DNA of 64,000 nucleotides from Escherichia coli (GTDB lineage Bacteria; Pseudomonadota; Gammaproteobacteria; Enterobacterales; Enterobacteriaceae): NCBI RefSeq assembly GCF_050320075.1, contig NZ_CP190018.1; one strand, 5' to 3'. Shown piece by piece: positions 62,694 to 64,000 of this stretch (position 1 is its first letter; each line of letters starts with the position of its first letter). The notes under the pieces were generated by a model. It saw only the letters and a program-made list of their open reading frames with translations, ran no database searches and was not told where the DNA came from. The position numbers and the translations under genes were made by a program.

Positions 62694-62895
62694 AGATGTG
62701 CACTCCGTAAGAAAACATCTTTTATTTCATGATGTTATTATGCATCATGATGTTGAAAGGATGTGTCGCATCCGGATAATCAGGAATAAAATGCAGCAGA
62801 AAAAATATTCTTTTAATTATCTGATTTTTAAGCATGATTTCATAAAAAGAAGAATGCTCGTTAATCCAGCGACACATCCTGTCGGCGTGAGTGTG

Positions 62896-63780
62896 TCAGA
62901 ACAGACGCTCCCACAGTGTGATCAGCAGGTGGATAATGCGGTCCCGGGCTTTACGCAGAAGCTGTAACATCCAGGCCGGAAAACTGAAACGGGCAACGGC
63001 GACGTCAAAACTTTTCCCGATGGTTTCACCAAAAGTCTGTTGTGCGTGTTTCTGGGCCTGTTCAGAGCGGTTTTCTCCCCGGATATGTGAATACACCGCG
63101 CTGGTTGCCTGTGGTGGCAGTGCGTGGATCATCAGCGACACAAACGCCGGAAGGTTCCAGCCGACAGGTGCAGCAACGGAGAGTACCGGAAATGATGAAG
63201 GGAACAGGGTTGCCACCCGGGCTGTCACCGTCGCCAGTGAGAGCGCCTGCTGACGGGACGGGCATTTTTCTGTGGCATTCCATTCTTCAGCAGGAAACAC
63301 GCGATCGGCATGGCTGAGAACAAACAGAAAACGCGAGGGATCTGCGCCTTCATTCAGTAAAAACTGATGCATGGTAATGTCGGCGGCATACGCGCGTTCA
63401 TCTGCCCGCAGGATCCAGATAATCAAATCCACTTCCGGCAGTAACTGACGGTAAAGCGCCCGGTATTCCTGATCATGTTGCGGCGTCTCTCCAATGCCGG
63501 GCAGATCGACCAGCGTCATTCTGCGTTCACCGATCTGCAGGGTAAGACGATGAGCCTGGCGGGTGCAGCCGTTCAGGGGATGTGTGGCACAGATATGGGA
63601 CTGAAAAATAGCATTACACAGGCTACTTTTGCCGGTGCCGGATTTACCCATAATGCCAATCACGGGTTCGTAATGAATAACGCTGTGGAGATGTTCAAGA
63701 ATTTTCTGACGAATTTCTTCAGGAAGAAACGTCAGATATGATTTCACTTGTGCGGAGAGGGAAGAATGGCTGAATGACAT
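62896..63780 (-). CDS. YfjP/YeeP-family GTPase
   Basis: 294 aa; P-loop GKSGTGKSS and DLPG switch motif. Confidence 0.75.
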   Translation of the reverse strand: MSFSHSSLSAQVKSYLTFLPEEIRQKILEHLHSVIHYEPVIGIMGKSGTGKSSLCNAIFQSHICATHPLNGCTRQAHRLTLQIGERRMTLVDLPGIGETPQHDQEYRALYRQLLPEVDLIIWILRADERAYAADITMHQFLLNEGADPSRFLFVLSHADRVFPAEEWNATEKCPSRQQALSLATVTARVATLFPSSFPVLSVAAPVGWNLPAFVSLMIHALPPQATSAVYSHIRGENRSEQAQKHAQQTFGETIGKSFDVAVARFSFPAWMLQLLRKARDRIIHLLITLWERLF

Positions 63781-64000
63781 ACCGGTATCCTGTTGATTTC
63801 ACTGAACCGGATCACACTAATCCGGTTTATCATTCAGGTAATATGGACGTGAAAAATGATGGAATGTCTGAATTACGGATATTATTGTTAAAGTGTAATG
63901 GAGTATGAAGTGAGTTTTTCAGAACGGGAACTAATGACATACTGCGGTTTCAGGAGATGAGAGGATGACCGGACGTAAAAACAAATGCGTCAGAAAAAAT

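Noticed and set aside
1..64000. CRISPR arrays, rRNA genes, complete tRNA genes
   Set aside because: No regularly spaced direct repeats with unique spacers and no rRNA-like or full cloverleaf-compatible sequences were seen by eye; a dedicated tool was not run.

Overview
Escherichia coli chromosomal window covering the uxu/gntP hexuronate genes, the complete type 1 fimbrial (fim) cluster, nanCMS, the sgc/yjh sugar-catabolism region and a mosaic accessory segment near the leuX integration hotspot. All gene names are recognised from memory of E. coli K-12 and ExPEC proteins, not from a database search. Gene order (reverse-complemented relative to K-12) is iadA-end, yjiE/hypT, iraD, uxuR, uxuB, uxuA, gntP, fimHGFDCIA, fimS, fimE, fimB, nanC, nanM, nanS, yjhR-like, topAI(yjhX)-yjhQ, yjhP, sgcXBCQAER, yjhIHGF, yjhU. 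Beyond yjhU the window becomes accessory: (1) an IS66-family element (39433-42131) with 8-bp target duplications that splits a sugar-transporter gene; (2) an mtnK-mtnA-class II aldolase operon (DHAP-shunt type salvage cluster); (3) a glycosyltransferase pseudogene; (4) a candidate defence island made of an McrBC-like pair with an unrecognised N-terminal domain on the McrB homologue, followed by an AT-rich restriction-modification module (HNH-type nuclease, a circularly permuted C5-cytosine methyltransferase and an NPPW amino-methyltransferase); (5) an IS3-family remnant; (6) a 23-nt copy of the 3-prime end of tRNA-Leu (leuX-like att repeat) at 56554-56576; (7) a CP4-like prophage remnant (cbtA/cbeA toxin-antitoxin, radC-like, antirestriction, DUF932, yfjR-like, yfjP-like GTPase). 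The fim switch is resolved exactly (314 bp between 9-bp inverted repeats) and its promoter points toward fimE, i.e. phase OFF in this assembly. No CRISPR array, rRNA gene or complete tRNA gene was found. The ORF track includes alternative start codons, so several starts were trimmed to the start I remember for the K-12 protein.
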